Source of the DNA: a virus
Virus record (IMG/VR): IMGVR_UViG_3300029305_006397
Strand: one strand, 5' to 3'
DNA length: 64,000 bases
Shown here one piece after another: positions 36,874 through 46,124 of this stretch (position 1 is its first letter; every line of letters starts with the position of its first letter). Below the pieces are notes generated by a model. That model saw only the letters and a program-made list of their open reading frames with translations. It had not been told where the DNA came from and did not search any database. Position numbers and translations under genes: made by a program.

Positions 36874-37112
36874 GAATAATTGTCCTCCTCCACAATCAGA
36901 CCAATCTGATTTATAATCAATTCCAGATATTTGTTGACCCATTCCAAAGTTACATAAAACTGTTCGTGTCCAGACTGCCACCATTCTATAACAGCTTTTT
37001 CGGCATCATCTGCAAACTGAGGGTATTCGCCATGCAGTTTCCTGTATTGAATTGCAGCAGTTCCGGCGATAGCCTGACACAAAGCCAATTCTCCATAGCT
37101 GATATTTTCCAT
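36870..37112 (-). CDS. hypothetical protein
   Basis: tiled minus-strand ORF, no motif. Confidence 0.55.
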   Translation of the reverse strand: MENISYGELALCQAIAGTAAIQYRKLHGEYPQFADDAEKAVIEWWQSGHEQFYVTLEWVNKYLELIINQIGLIVEEDNYS

Positions 37113-37124
37113 CTTATTTTTCTC

Positions 37125-37499
37125 CTACATTTCCACGTTGAAAGAACCTTCACACTCCGGGCATACCGCATGTAGTCCAAGATCGTCCATGTAGATTCTG
37201 TTTGCATCATAAAATTCATTACCGCAGTTAGGGCAGGTGTGCAACGAAACCTGAGCCATACAATACTCTCTGTGCGCGTCAGCTTTGATCCTGTTAATCA
37301 GGGTCTGAGGGATCACAATCAATGTGCTGTCGTAGTTGAACATGGGACTATCTGCATCACAATCAAGCTGCTCTGCAAGGTATTTTTCTATCTCGCTTTC
37401 CTTTTCTCCGGCAGGATCAAGGGCTTCAAAACAATGTTCGATTCCATATTTCGTTTCTTCCCAACCATGATAAAGGTTAATGTAATACATCTTACTCAT
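37125..37499 (-). CDS. hypothetical zinc-ribbon protein
   Basis: CPNCG...CPECE; start moved to MSKMYY (ATG 37499). Confidence 0.5.
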   Translation of the reverse strand: MSKMYYINLYHGWEETKYGIEHCFEALDPAGEKESEIEKYLAEQLDCDADSPMFNYDSTLIVIPQTLINRIKADAHREYCMAQVSLHTCPNCGNEFYDANRIYMDDLGLHAVCPECEGSFNVEM

Positions 37500-37663
37500 A
37501 TCAAATTCCACTCCTTTTGATAATAATCGATAGCAAGCTGGCAATCTTTCTTCCGGGGATATCTGCCGAAGCATGTGTATGTACTCCACATTTTACGTCC
37601 CAAATCATAAACACACCACCAGATTTTTCCATTCAGGGCGATTCGCTTCCTGGGTTCGAACAT
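37496..37663 (-). CDS. 55-aa micro-protein
   Basis: own translation MFEPRKRIALNGKIWWCVYDLG...; GGAGGC SD. Confidence 0.4.
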   Translation of the reverse strand: MFEPRKRIALNGKIWWCVYDLGRKMWSTYTCFGRYPRKKDCQLAIDYYQKEWNLI

Positions 37664-37683
37664 AGGTTATGCCTCCGATTTCT

Positions 37684-37890
37684 TTATTCTTTTATTCCCT
37701 GCGACATTTGAAAGACAATCCAAGCAGCATCATTCAAACGTCTGATTGTGCTGGTAGCATCGGGATCGCTATATTCCATATCATCAGCAACGGCAGCAAT
37801 CATATCATGCACGGCATACAGAACATCTTCTGCTTCCTCATATATCCAATGTTCCTTCAGGATTTTATCAAAGCGTTCTTTCCAGTTCAT
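37684..37890 (-). CDS. hypothetical protein
   Basis: tiled minus-strand ORF, no motif. Confidence 0.55.
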   Translation of the reverse strand: MNWKERFDKILKEHWIYEEAEDVLYAVHDMIAAVADDMEYSDPDATSTIRRLNDAAWIVFQMSQGIKE

Positions 37891-37904
37891 GACTCATTCC
37901 TCAT

Positions 37905-38111
37905 TTAATCTGTATTTGATTTCAGGTGATAGTAATTTATTTTATAACCACAGCTGGGACAAGTGACCGCATGTACGCCAAGTTCATTTACCTTTGGAAA
38001 ATACAAGGTGTATCCACAGGGGCAGAAAACGGCATCAAAGCCCTCTTTTACCTTGATTGAATGTTCCATTATAATGGTGTTCACATCCACTTCCATTCTT
38101 TTCACTCCCAC
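37905..38111 (-). CDS. hypothetical zinc-ribbon protein
   Basis: CPCG...CPSCG. Confidence 0.5.
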   Translation of the reverse strand: MGVKRMEVDVNTIIMEHSIKVKEGFDAVFCPCGYTLYFPKVNELGVHAVTCPSCGYKINYYHLKSNTD

Positions 38112-38118
38112 ATTTTAA

Positions 38119-38433
38119 TCAGTTTCTAGGAATATATTTCTCAATCATCTGCATTACAGGATCATAAATTGTTACCACCGCAACTTGATTGCAATGATGT
38201 GTGACCTTGGGCATATCCAACACATGAAAAATTTCCATACCAGCAACTCTATTTGCCCACTTCATCAATCGTTCTACTTCATGTTTGAGGGTAGAAATAT
38301 GTGAATAGGCACTGCGCTTGCGAATCTTAATGGTGTAGCCAGCAGCATAATGTTCGTGATTCTTGCAAAAATCAAAATCATATCTGCTGCGTTCCATAAG
38401 GTTTTGAATATATTTGGGGACAGGCTTATCCAT
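38119..38433 (-). CDS. hypothetical protein
   Basis: tiled minus-strand ORF, no motif. Confidence 0.55.
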   Translation of the reverse strand: MDKPVPKYIQNLMERSRYDFDFCKNHEHYAAGYTIKIRKRSAYSHISTLKHEVERLMKWANRVAGMEIFHVLDMPKVTHHCNQVAVVTIYDPVMQMIEKYIPRN

Positions 38434-38446
38434 GTCGCACCTCCAC

Positions 38447-38779
38447 TCATACCTTGCAGAATTGATATTCGTTTTCCGTAATCAAACCTTCCAACAGCAT
38501 TTCATACAGCGTTCTATATTCTGCGTTCCTTCTCGAAGAACAGAAACAGAAGCCATCCCAATGTCCAATACAACTATCGTAGTTTTCATTCGACTGGGCT
38601 TGCAGTTTATTGGCAAGATCGTACTTCCCAAAGAAATTTGCCTTATACATGGCAGCTTTAAGAGTCAGTTCATCAATAATCATCTCCTGCTGTTCGACAG
38701 TTTTATGAAGATTGACAAGCTCTACTCCAAACTCCTTTGTTATGCTTTGTCTGCGATAACTTTCCATTTGAACCCCCAT
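38447..38779 (-). CDS. hypothetical protein
   Basis: tiled minus-strand ORF, start uncertain. Confidence 0.55.
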   Translation of the reverse strand: MGVQMESYRRQSITKEFGVELVNLHKTVEQQEMIIDELTLKAAMYKANFFGKYDLANKLQAQSNENYDSCIGHWDGFCFCSSRRNAEYRTLYEMLLEGLITENEYQFCKV

Positions 38780-39186
38780 CCAGAAATGTTTTCATCCCAC
38801 CATTTGTTGTACGCATCGCGCATTACCATGGGATCAAGGTCGAAAATATAAGCAGCGCCTTCCATTACACCACGGGATTTTCCGAGATACCACTCATAAT
38901 CATGAGAATTTGAAGGAGCTTCTTTGGACTGCATTTCATACTTAGCTGCCTTCTGAAACACAATTTCGGGAATTTTCTTCCCTTCAACAATCACGAATAC
39001 ACGATTTTCCATCTCAAAAATCCTCCATGGGAATACCAACGATTCCCCAAGTCCATTCGTATTCGCCGTCACAGCTAGATACATAATTACTCTTTTATTA
39101 CCATCCCATCGGATTAAAGAGGCATATAAATATTTGTATTCATTACTTCCACCTTCTTCAATCACGATATTCTTCGTCGGTATCAA
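38740..39186 (-). CDS. hypothetical protein
   Basis: tiled minus-strand ORF, no motif. Confidence 0.55.
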   Translation of the reverse strand: MIPTKNIVIEEGGSNEYKYLYASLIRWDGNKRVIMYLAVTANTNGLGESLVFPWRIFEMENRVFVIVEGKKIPEIVFQKAAKYEMQSKEAPSNSHDYEWYLGKSRGVMEGAAYIFDLDPMVMRDAYNKWWDENISGWGFKWKVIADKA

Positions 39187-39319
39187 TTTCCATTCGATTC
39201 AACACATCCAAAAGCGCATCGTGAAAACCATCTTTGTATCCACGATCATAAGACATATCTTCATCCCATTCATTGCAACAGTCAAGCAGTTCGTCAATCA
39301 CGGTTTTCAGTTTTTCCAT
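39158..39319 (-). CDS. 53-aa acidic micro-protein
   Basis: own translation MEKLKTVIDELLDCCNEWDEDMSY...; AGGAGGA SD. Confidence 0.4.
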   Translation of the reverse strand: MEKLKTVIDELLDCCNEWDEDMSYDRGYKDGFHDALLDVLNRMEIDTDEEYRD

Positions 39320-39320
39320 C

Positions 39321-39539
39321 TCAAAATCCTCCTGCTAGACATACATAGCCCAAGCTATGATCCATTTGATATTTCAGGTATTCTTCATAGGCTTTTCTTC
39401 CAAGGTTATAAACGATACTCTTACTTACTCTGTCATGCCGCAGTACGGCATTATAGAGAGCAGGATATTTCGCTTTTACTTTGGGATTATGAGTGATATC
39501 GTAGTTGTTGTTTATGATATATACAGTGTTGTCGTACAT
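39321..39539 (-). CDS. hypothetical protein
   Basis: tiled minus-strand ORF, no motif. Confidence 0.55.
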   Translation of the reverse strand: MYDNTVYIINNNYDITHNPKVKAKYPALYNAVLRHDRVSKSIVYNLGRKAYEEYLKYQMDHSLGYVCLAGGF

Positions 39540-39554
39540 TTAATGCTTCCTTTC

Positions 39555-39842
39555 TTACGCAGGATAGAGCGACGCACAGAACCTTGCCAATCTATGCCAG
39601 AGGGTATAAGTGGCGATATTCATGCGTACATTCTCCGGGATTCCACGGCTTACAAACCAGATATGCGACTGCTTGAACAGCTTTTCTGCAAGCTCACGTT
39701 CATACACATTAAACTCTGCTTCCCAGCGGCGTCTGCGACGGTAGGTGTCCCACATGCAGCCATATCGAGTAGAGCATACAATCTGATAGGGTACGTTTTC
39801 TATCACTTCATCTCTGCTCATTACGATTTCAAGTGTTGCCAT
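39555..39842 (-). CDS. hypothetical protein
   Basis: tiled minus-strand ORF, no motif. Confidence 0.55.
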   Translation of the reverse strand: MATLEIVMSRDEVIENVPYQIVCSTRYGCMWDTYRRRRRWEAEFNVYERELAEKLFKQSHIWFVSRGIPENVRMNIATYTLWHRLARFCASLYPA

Positions 39843-39845
39843 AGC

Positions 39846-40160
39846 TTATTCCTCCAGACTTTCAAACTGTTCATAGATGGGCAGTTCCGGCAGCGGTTCA
39901 AAGTCTCCATCAAAACGAATCCATGCGCAATCATGTTCAAGGGCGAAGTCCAAGCATGCTTTCAGATCATCAGGAATAGGTTCATTACAAAATTCATCGT
40001 AATCTTCAGCAAGTACAAAGCATCCATACAAACAATCATAGGCTTCTACGTTATAAACGATAACATCGTATTCATGATCTACCATTTCCCTGAAGGTTTT
40101 AGGCTTGAGATGTTCCGTAGAAAGATAAAGGATTTTATAGATTTCCATAGTTTCCTCCAT
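39846..40160 (-). CDS. hypothetical acidic protein
   Basis: tiled minus-strand ORF. Confidence 0.55.
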   Translation of the reverse strand: MEETMEIYKILYLSTEHLKPKTFREMVDHEYDVIVYNVEAYDCLYGCFVLAEDYDEFCNEPIPDDLKACLDFALEHDCAWIRFDGDFEPLPELPIYEQFESLEE

Positions 40161-40532
40161 TTATCCGATCCAAAATTCCGATCCGTCAAATACAGGATAA
40201 TCTTTGCCATCAATGGTGATGTATTGATTAACAGGTGCGCTGCCATCAGCCTGATATGTATGTTTAACCTCAGAAACTTCACCAGTTTTCATGTCAACTT
40301 TGCAATCAGTAGTGGCCTTAAATCCGTCATTCCATACAGATGTGAAGGTCGCATTCTTAATATCATCGTCCTCGGTCGTAAATCGTTCAGCATCAGCATC
40401 CACATGGACGGCAAAATAAGTTCCTCCATTCTCAATACAATCATCAATCTGGAGGGAGAGTTCTTTCAGAAAATCTTCCTTACTGGCATACTTCATGCCG
40501 GAACCATTATCCGACTCAATATAAAATTTCAT
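40161..40532 (-). CDS. hypothetical protein
   Basis: start at MKFYIESD (ATG 40532). Confidence 0.55.
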   Translation of the reverse strand: MKFYIESDNGSGMKYASKEDFLKELSLQIDDCIENGGTYFAVHVDADAERFTTEDDDIKNATFTSVWNDGFKATTDCKVDMKTGEVSEVKHTYQADGSAPVNQYITIDGKDYPVFDGSEFWIG

Positions 40533-40536
40533 ATTC

Positions 40537-40794
40537 TTACTCCATTTCACGTTTAATAATGACAACAGGGGCATCATCTGAGGGCTGATAGACACAGGTC
40601 TGAATGCACTTCCGGCAGCTATCGTATTCGACCACGGCTACCATGTCCTTATCCTCACAGCAATCACGTTTGCCGTTGGGAATGAAATCGATGTATACGC
40701 CAGGGAAATCATTGGGTTCATCTACTTCATGCTTTGCCCATACCTTGATTTTTCCAAGCGGAGTATCTATATAAAACTCTCGTTTATTTTCCAT
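40537..40794 (-). CDS. hypothetical protein
   Basis: tiled minus-strand ORF, no motif. Confidence 0.55.
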   Translation of the reverse strand: MENKREFYIDTPLGKIKVWAKHEVDEPNDFPGVYIDFIPNGKRDCCEDKDMVAVVEYDSCRKCIQTCVYQPSDDAPVVIIKREME

Positions 40795-40799
40795 CTGAT

Positions 40800-41015
40800 T
40801 TACTCCTTTGCTTCAACTTCGATAATAAGGTTCTGATCCATTGGATAGATGTAAATGACTTCCATATCAAGGGCAACGTTATCAACGCCCAGCAATTCAT
40901 CTTCTACCCTGTACAGCTCGGTATAATCGTTTTCATCGTCATGCCATTCTTTGACGATAATCTCTCGACCCTGAAGCTGGATTCCTGCATCCAACATATC
41001 TCTGATAGTAATCAT
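40800..41015 (-). CDS. hypothetical protein
   Basis: start at ATG 41015 with GGAGG SD. Confidence 0.5.
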   Translation of the reverse strand: MITIRDMLDAGIQLQGREIIVKEWHDDENDYTELYRVEDELLGVDNVALDMEVIYIYPMDQNLIIEVEAKE

Positions 41016-41026
41016 TTGAACCTCCA

Positions 41027-41173
41027 CTACCAATCGTATTTTCCGTTCAACTCTTTGCGCATTTCATCATAGTCGCCATCGAATCCATCCGGGCCACAGA
41101 AGTGGAGAATAGAAAGAGTGGATTCTTTGCCAAATGCGTTGTAATATTCCAGAATGTCCTGACGATTCAACAT
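41027..41173 (-). CDS. 48-aa micro-protein
   Basis: own translation MLNRQDILEYYNAFGKESTLSILHF... Confidence 0.35.
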   Translation of the reverse strand: MLNRQDILEYYNAFGKESTLSILHFCGPDGFDGDYDEMRKELNGKYDW

Positions 41174-41661
41174 ACTTTTGCTTTTCCTCCCCACAATTCA
41201 TCGAATTTTGCAGTGCGCTCAGTAGGAGCTTTGCGAATTTCTTCTTTCATTTCATGGACAGCCTTTTGGATACCTGCAAGTGATTCTTTGTATGAAAGAT
41301 ATTTGGTACACCAGCCAGGATAAACCTGACACATGCCATATTCCACGCATTCCCGAAGGAAATTTCCAACTTGAGTTGCTTCCTTGAGGACTTCCTTCTT
41401 TTCCTGCCAAGAATCATACCAAAGGTAGTCGAGGAAAATATCAATAGAGAAACCCTCATAGTAACCCGGTTCAATCTTCACATCGAAAAAGCGGAAGTTG
41501 TACTTATTCAGAATAAACTGGATTTCTTCTCGGTCAGCTTCAATGGTATCGGCAATTACATCGTAAACATCCTCTCCATCTTCCACTTCAAAGTCATCAG
41601 GATTATACACGTTCAAGCCGATGGTGATATAGTCCGAGGATTTATAGTTGATGGTTCCCAT
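41167..41661 (-). CDS. hypothetical protein
   Basis: AAGGAGA SD. Confidence 0.6.
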   Translation of the reverse strand: MGTINYKSSDYITIGLNVYNPDDFEVEDGEDVYDVIADTIEADREEIQFILNKYNFRFFDVKIEPGYYEGFSIDIFLDYLWYDSWQEKKEVLKEATQVGNFLRECVEYGMCQVYPGWCTKYLSYKESLAGIQKAVHEMKEEIRKAPTERTAKFDELWGGKAKVC

Positions 41662-41678
41662 ATTGATAATCTCCTTTA

Positions 41679-41846
41679 TTATTTTGTGAATGTTTTAGAA
41701 TTGCCATTCTTGTCGGTAATAGTTACGCTTGTACCAGTAGAGTACCAGTATTTAATACTGTTCCAAACCATATCTAATGTTTCACAGTCGTTACCACATT
41801 CGACATAGCTTCTTCCAGTGTGATTATTTTTGATCGTAAATTCCAT
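41679..41846 (-). CDS. 55-aa micro-protein
   Basis: own translation MEFTIKNNHTGRSYVECGNDCETL...; AAGGAGAA SD. Confidence 0.4.
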   Translation of the reverse strand: MEFTIKNNHTGRSYVECGNDCETLDMVWNSIKYWYSTGTSVTITDKNGNSKTFTK

Positions 41847-41871
41847 TCAAGATTCTCCTTTACGATAACAC

Positions 41872-42102
41872 CTACGTTTCATTGAAAAAGTCGTTAGTAT
41901 CCAGACGGCGCAACATGGATTTGACTACCGCATTGATTTCCTGCAGAGTTCCAAACCAGAGTTCGCCGCCATTTAGGGATAATGAACAAAGGTTAGTTCC
42001 TTCAATGGGGTTCACCTCCAAAACACTCTGCATCAGCATCTTAGAGTTGTTCATTTCCATCCAAAGGGCGCAATCGCCGCGAATCATCTCCAAATATTCC
42101 AA
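41872..42102 (-). CDS. hypothetical protein
   Basis: tiled minus-strand ORF, no motif. Confidence 0.55.
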   Translation of the reverse strand: MEYLEMIRGDCALWMEMNNSKMLMQSVLEVNPIEGTNLCSLSLNGGELWFGTLQEINAVVKSMLRRLDTNDFFNET

Positions 42103-42594
42103 TTACCATTCCCCTTCCTCAAATTCAAAGCCCATAAGGTTTTCAATGCGCAGCACATGATCTTCCATCCAACGGAAATAAAAGTCATAGTGCTTGAGGG
42201 CAACATGGGTATCCATGTAGTTGAGATAGTAGGTCAAATCTTCTTCGGGATTGATTTCACCAGCATCCAGCAGATCACGATATTCGATCAGTTTGATGTA
42301 TCCATCTTCTTCATCGAAGTTTTCCACACCATCTTCCTTTGCATCTGCTGCATATCTTTCTATTTCATCTTTGATTGCTTCGCGAATATCGTCTTTATCA
42401 TTTTCAAAGGCATCGTTCAGATCGAATCTCGCCTGTTCAAATACACCTCGGAAGATAGAGTTAATATTCATATCTTTATTGGCAATCATATCCTTGAGAA
42501 TATCCCAAAGATCATACTTGACATCTTCCAGCATAGTCAGATCGCATACCCCACAATCCAGCAGAGTACAGAGAATGCTATCTTTGTAATCCAT
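42103..42594 (-). CDS. hypothetical acidic protein
   Basis: tiled minus-strand ORF. Confidence 0.6.
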   Translation of the reverse strand: MDYKDSILCTLLDCGVCDLTMLEDVKYDLWDILKDMIANKDMNINSIFRGVFEQARFDLNDAFENDKDDIREAIKDEIERYAADAKEDGVENFDEEDGYIKLIEYRDLLDAGEINPEEDLTYYLNYMDTHVALKHYDFYFRWMEDHVLRIENLMGFEFEEGEW

Positions 42595-42603
42595 TTGAAC
42601 CTC

Positions 42604-42750
42604 CTATCCAATTCGATCAATGTGTTCTACAGGCACTTTATAATCAGTTTTTCCATCTGAGAAATATGCCTTGCCATCTGCAAAGCTGATACCATTTTCA
42701 TCGACGGCGCGGACGATCAATCCGACTTCATCAAAATAGGCAATAATCAT
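42604..42750 (-). CDS. 48-aa micro-protein
   Basis: own translation MIIAYFDEVGLIVRAVDENG...; AAGGAGG SD. Confidence 0.4.
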   Translation of the reverse strand: MIIAYFDEVGLIVRAVDENGISFADGKAYFSDGKTDYKVPVEHIDRIG

Positions 42751-42763
42751 TATGTTTGCCTCC

Positions 42764-43072
42764 TTATACCTCGATGTACTTCGTCAGTATGGGATAATAA
42801 CCCCATGTGCCGCCAAACTTATCGGCGATAGAATCAAAGATTGCTTCCATCTGTTCCTCTCGACTGGAATACTCCTCGCCATCTTCGTCGTAATCCATAT
42901 CTTCCATACACTCGATTGCATCATCAAGGTCATTGCAAAGGACAGCTCCCAAAGAAAAGGCATTACCGAAGGGCGTAGTAGGGATAGAGAACCGCACAAT
43001 ATCCGGCACATCATCGTCTCTCTCCATATATCGAACAGCTACATAGTAGTCGTGCATTACGGTATTTCCCAT
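42764..43072 (-). CDS. hypothetical acidic protein
   Basis: start at ATG 43072 with AAGGAGGA SD. Confidence 0.55.
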   Translation of the reverse strand: MGNTVMHDYYVAVRYMERDDDVPDIVRFSIPTTPFGNAFSLGAVLCNDLDDAIECMEDMDYDEDGEEYSSREEQMEAIFDSIADKFGGTWGYYPILTKYIEV

Positions 43073-43082
43073 ATTGTCCTCC

Positions 43083-43676
43083 TTAGTATTCAAATCGTAC
43101 TTCGTCTTTGTGGAAGTCTACATAGAAGTCAGCTTCATTGCCGCAGCCTTTAACACCACAAATCTGCTGGATAGCGCAGCAATCATCGAATTTTCCGATC
43201 ATAAGTGCGCCGTACTTCTTCTTACAGTCAACGCACATTGCAGACCAACATCCACTTTCATCATTATTGAAATCATCAAAAACAACTTCTGTCTTATCTT
43301 CGCTAGTGAAGATCATGTGTCTTGCAATCGGATCGGGTTCATCCTCGGTCTGCTCACGGCGTTCATGAGCCTCTACGATATGATACAGGCCAGCATCCTT
43401 AACGGCCTTATGTACAGCTTCATTCCAGCCGAAGCTATCATCTTCCATGAGGTCGCGCTTGATCTTAGCGATGATATTGAGCTGATCGTCATTGAACATG
43501 CCCTCATAGACAAGCTCCACATCTTCAATATCAACCTGCCGCTGATAACGCAGGTATGCTTCTCTCATTTCATCAAAGGTCAGGGTCAAAGATACTTTAT
43601 TTCCACTGAAGTCACGGTTGATCGTCAAATTTTCCATCCAGATCACCTTGTCCTTTCCCGTCCAGATATACTCCAT
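43083..43676 (-). CDS. hypothetical protein
   Basis: start uncertain (ATG 43676 or 43733). Confidence 0.5.
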   Translation of the reverse strand: MEYIWTGKDKVIWMENLTINRDFSGNKVSLTLTFDEMREAYLRYQRQVDIEDVELVYEGMFNDDQLNIIAKIKRDLMEDDSFGWNEAVHKAVKDAGLYHIVEAHERREQTEDEPDPIARHMIFTSEDKTEVVFDDFNNDESGCWSAMCVDCKKKYGALMIGKFDDCCAIQQICGVKGCGNEADFYVDFHKDEVRFEY

Positions 43677-44067
43677 TCTTAGCTTCCTGCTCACGCTCCC
43701 ACTTTCGCTGTTCTTCCCGGACTTCCCATACATGGTCAGACAGCTCTTTAATTACGATCTCCACAGCGCCCTCTGCACCATTGCTTCTGAACCATGCGCG
43801 AACATTATCTTTCGTAGTGCTGATATTCGGAAACTCATACCATTCAAGGTAGAATTTAATGGTATTCAGCAAGGTATCCCATGCAATAACCTCCGGCTTC
43901 ATGCGAAGATTCAGCATACGCTTGTAGGTTTTCTGATCGTTATCCATCATCAGGATAATCTCGTCGATAAAATCGGAGGTGTTGATTCCTCCGCCCTGTA
44001 ATCCCCAACGCTCATTGAGGACTTCGTTGATCTTTTGTTGCTTGTTCGCAAGATGTTTAGCTATCAT
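43612..44067 (-). CDS. hypothetical protein
   Basis: tiled minus-strand ORF, no motif. Confidence 0.55.
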   Translation of the reverse strand: MIAKHLANKQQKINEVLNERWGLQGGGINTSDFIDEIILMMDNDQKTYKRMLNLRMKPEVIAWDTLLNTIKFYLEWYEFPNISTTKDNVRAWFRSNGAEGAVEIVIKELSDHVWEVREEQRKWEREQEAKNGVYLDGKGQGDLDGKFDDQP

Positions 44068-44432
44068 TCGTAATCCTCCATTTTTCGATCTCTGTTGGGC
44101 TTGCCAACGTATTTTCCTTTCAAACGCAGAATAAAACCATGGAGTCCGGTTACAGCGTTGCTATGAGAAAACATGTTGGTATTGGGATAGTAGAACAGAT
44201 TACTTTCTTCTACGTCGAACATATACATGTTTGCAAAAATTGCACGTTCGATTTCCATTTGAGTAAATGGCGTAGCAAAAATGTACCGAGAACCAATGCT
44301 GCTTGCCAGATCGAATCCGGCTACCAGACGATTGCTTAAACGATCATGGGAAATGTAGATGGGTTTTCCGTCTGCGTGATATTCACAAAAGTCAGAAAAT
44401 CCGCTGATATAAGGGATGTATTCATGCTCCAT
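44064..44432 (-). CDS. hypothetical protein
   Basis: tiled minus-strand ORF, no motif. Confidence 0.55.
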   Translation of the reverse strand: MEHEYIPYISGFSDFCEYHADGKPIYISHDRLSNRLVAGFDLASSIGSRYIFATPFTQMEIERAIFANMYMFDVEESNLFYYPNTNMFSHSNAVTGLHGFILRLKGKYVGKPNRDRKMEDYE

Positions 44433-44441
44433 ATTGATCTC

Positions 44442-44831
44442 CTATTCCAGTTCATTCACAAGCTCAACGAGTGCGCCGTAGGTATTTTCACACACCATGC
44501 CGCACATGTAGTTATGGATTTCAGTAATCCACTGGTATACAAATTCGTCATCATCATCTTCATACTGGCAATCTTCAAACCAATGCTTCTTAGTAAAGGT
44601 TCTGAATTTTTCCATGTTCCGGGTAATGAGGTCAGCCCACTTACATACAGCAGTGACATCAGAAGCATCGAATTTTTCCACTTCGACCTTCTTGATGATC
44701 TCCATGCAGAACCTATCGTAGTTCTCCTTGAAGGGTTCGGGGATGTAGCAGACGGTTACTTCGGCATCGTACACGGTATCGTAGGTATCAAAATCGTCCT
44801 GGGAAATTGCCACGAGTTCATACAAAGTCAT
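44442..44831 (-). CDS. hypothetical protein
   Basis: start moved to MTLYELV (ATG 44831) preceded by the conserved leader AAAGATAGGAGGAA. Confidence 0.55.
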   Translation of the reverse strand: MTLYELVAISQDDFDTYDTVYDAEVTVCYIPEPFKENYDRFCMEIIKKVEVEKFDASDVTAVCKWADLITRNMEKFRTFTKKHWFEDCQYEDDDDEFVYQWITEIHNYMCGMVCENTYGALVELVNELE

Positions 44832-45076
44832 AAGATTCTTCCTCCTATCTTTTGATAACGGATTCATGGGAGCGTTAGCGATACACCTTTATAACCGGAT
44901 GGGCAAGGCCGCTATTCTGTGATTCTTAATCTACTCTTCAGGTTAAACCCTTATGTTACCATCGGTTCCCAATCATTTAAGGCCATCCCAGGTCTTGATT
45001 CGCCTCCGTCTATCTTTCAGCGCACCCACTACTTTAGATATGTGGTGTGTAGCTTTAACCAGCCGAAGCTGGCCTA

Positions 45077-45361
45077 TCAGCGTTTGCGCTCATAAGGTTC
45101 GTACCCTTCCATGTCCCATTTTCCATCGAACAACTCTCCGTTAAGCCATCCTTCGGAGTCGAAGTAGTTGACGCGCAGCCAACCATTTTCCTGATAGGTT
45201 TTGACAATAATTTCGTCCGGGCGGACACTCATTGTAACCAACTCTCCGTTTTCATTGTGGCCGATAAAATCAGAGTCAGAGTCACCATACTCTGCCATAA
45301 TCTGTTTGCGAACCTCGACTTCGCCAAATCGTGCGGACAGTTCATTGGGAATGCTTTTCAT
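45077..45361 (-). CDS. hypothetical protein
   Basis: start at MKSIPNE (ATG 45361) with GGAGG SD. Confidence 0.55.
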   Translation of the reverse strand: MKSIPNELSARFGEVEVRKQIMAEYGDSDSDFIGHNENGELVTMSVRPDEIIVKTYQENGWLRVNYFDSEGWLNGELFDGKWDMEGYEPYERKR

Positions 45362-45647
45362 AAGAACCTCCTTGTTTTTCCATCTCGGCAATCATTGCAG
45401 CTTTCATCATGCTTTTAGCCGTTTCGTTAATAACGCTTAAGACACGATCTCCATACAAGTAATAGTAGTCAAACCGATCAAAGCTCTTATGGTATTCGCC
45501 CATCGGTTCGACAAGCTCTCCATCCTTGTTTTTTATTGTGCCGAAGCTGCATAGGAACCGATTGTCATTTATCCAATAGCCGACCAAACTTCCATCAAAC
45601 GCCCTCCCATCTGCGCTGGTTACGAGTGCGCCAGCGTACAAATTCAC
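45342..45647 (-). CDS. hypothetical protein (GTG start in track, uncertain)
   Basis: tiled minus-strand ORF. Confidence 0.45.
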   Translation of the reverse strand: MNLYAGALVTSADGRAFDGSLVGYWINDNRFLCSFGTIKNKDGELVEPMGEYHKSFDRFDYYYLYGDRVLSVINETAKSMMKAAMIAEMEKQGGSYEKHSQ

Positions 45648-45759
45648 GGTGACGCTTGATTCTGTTATAGTGTTTAACGACCTTTTTCCATCCGTACATT
45701 ACCGCCTCGGAAATTCCAACGGCAATGCTCAGGCTTCCCATGAGGACGATAATGCTCAT
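45595..45759 (-). CDS. possible 54-aa membrane micro-protein
   Basis: own translation MSIIVLMGSLSIAVGISEAVMYGW...; AGGAGG SD; overlaps next ORF. Confidence 0.3.
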   Translation of the reverse strand: MSIIVLMGSLSIAVGISEAVMYGWKKVVKHYNRIKRHREFVRWRTRNQRRWEGV

Positions 45760-45774
45760 TTGATTTACCTCCTG

Positions 45775-46014
45775 TTATTCTTCTTCGTACCTCTCTGCCA
45801 ATTCATCGGCAGCGCAAGCATATACATCATCGGCATCTCTTGCCCAAAGTTCATGATTGATAGCATACAAGAGTTCCTTGCACAGATCGACAAGCTCAGA
45901 CTTGCTCAGTTCATGCCCATAATTTGCAAGTGCATCAAACAGGCAATCCGGGCAATCTCTCAGACCTTCAATAATGCTCTGCATCGTCAGGGTCTTAGAA
46001 TTTTCCATCTGCAT
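45775..46014 (-). CDS. hypothetical protein
   Basis: start at ATG 46014 with GGAAGG SD. Confidence 0.5.
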   Translation of the reverse strand: MQMENSKTLTMQSIIEGLRDCPDCLFDALANYGHELSKSELVDLCKELLYAINHELWARDADDVYACAADELAERYEEE

Positions 46015-46063
46015 ACCTTCCTTCTTTTCTTTTAGCATATCGGATACTTTGGATTTTCCGATG

Positions 46064-46098
46064 TAGCATTAAAGAATCAGGAGAGGCTTTCGCCTCTC
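46064..46098 (-). terminator. possible intrinsic terminator
   Basis: GGAGAGGC-GAAA-GCCUCUCC hairpin then UGAUUCUUUAAU on minus strand. Confidence 0.4.
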
Positions 46099-46124
46099 CC
46101 TATCTCCCATCTGCGTTTATGCTG

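Noticed and set aside
44926-44960. CUGAAGAG box as a seventh hammerhead
   Set aside because: No GAAA element or GUC cleavage triplet lies in a position that closes stems II and III. The nearest candidate is GAAU.
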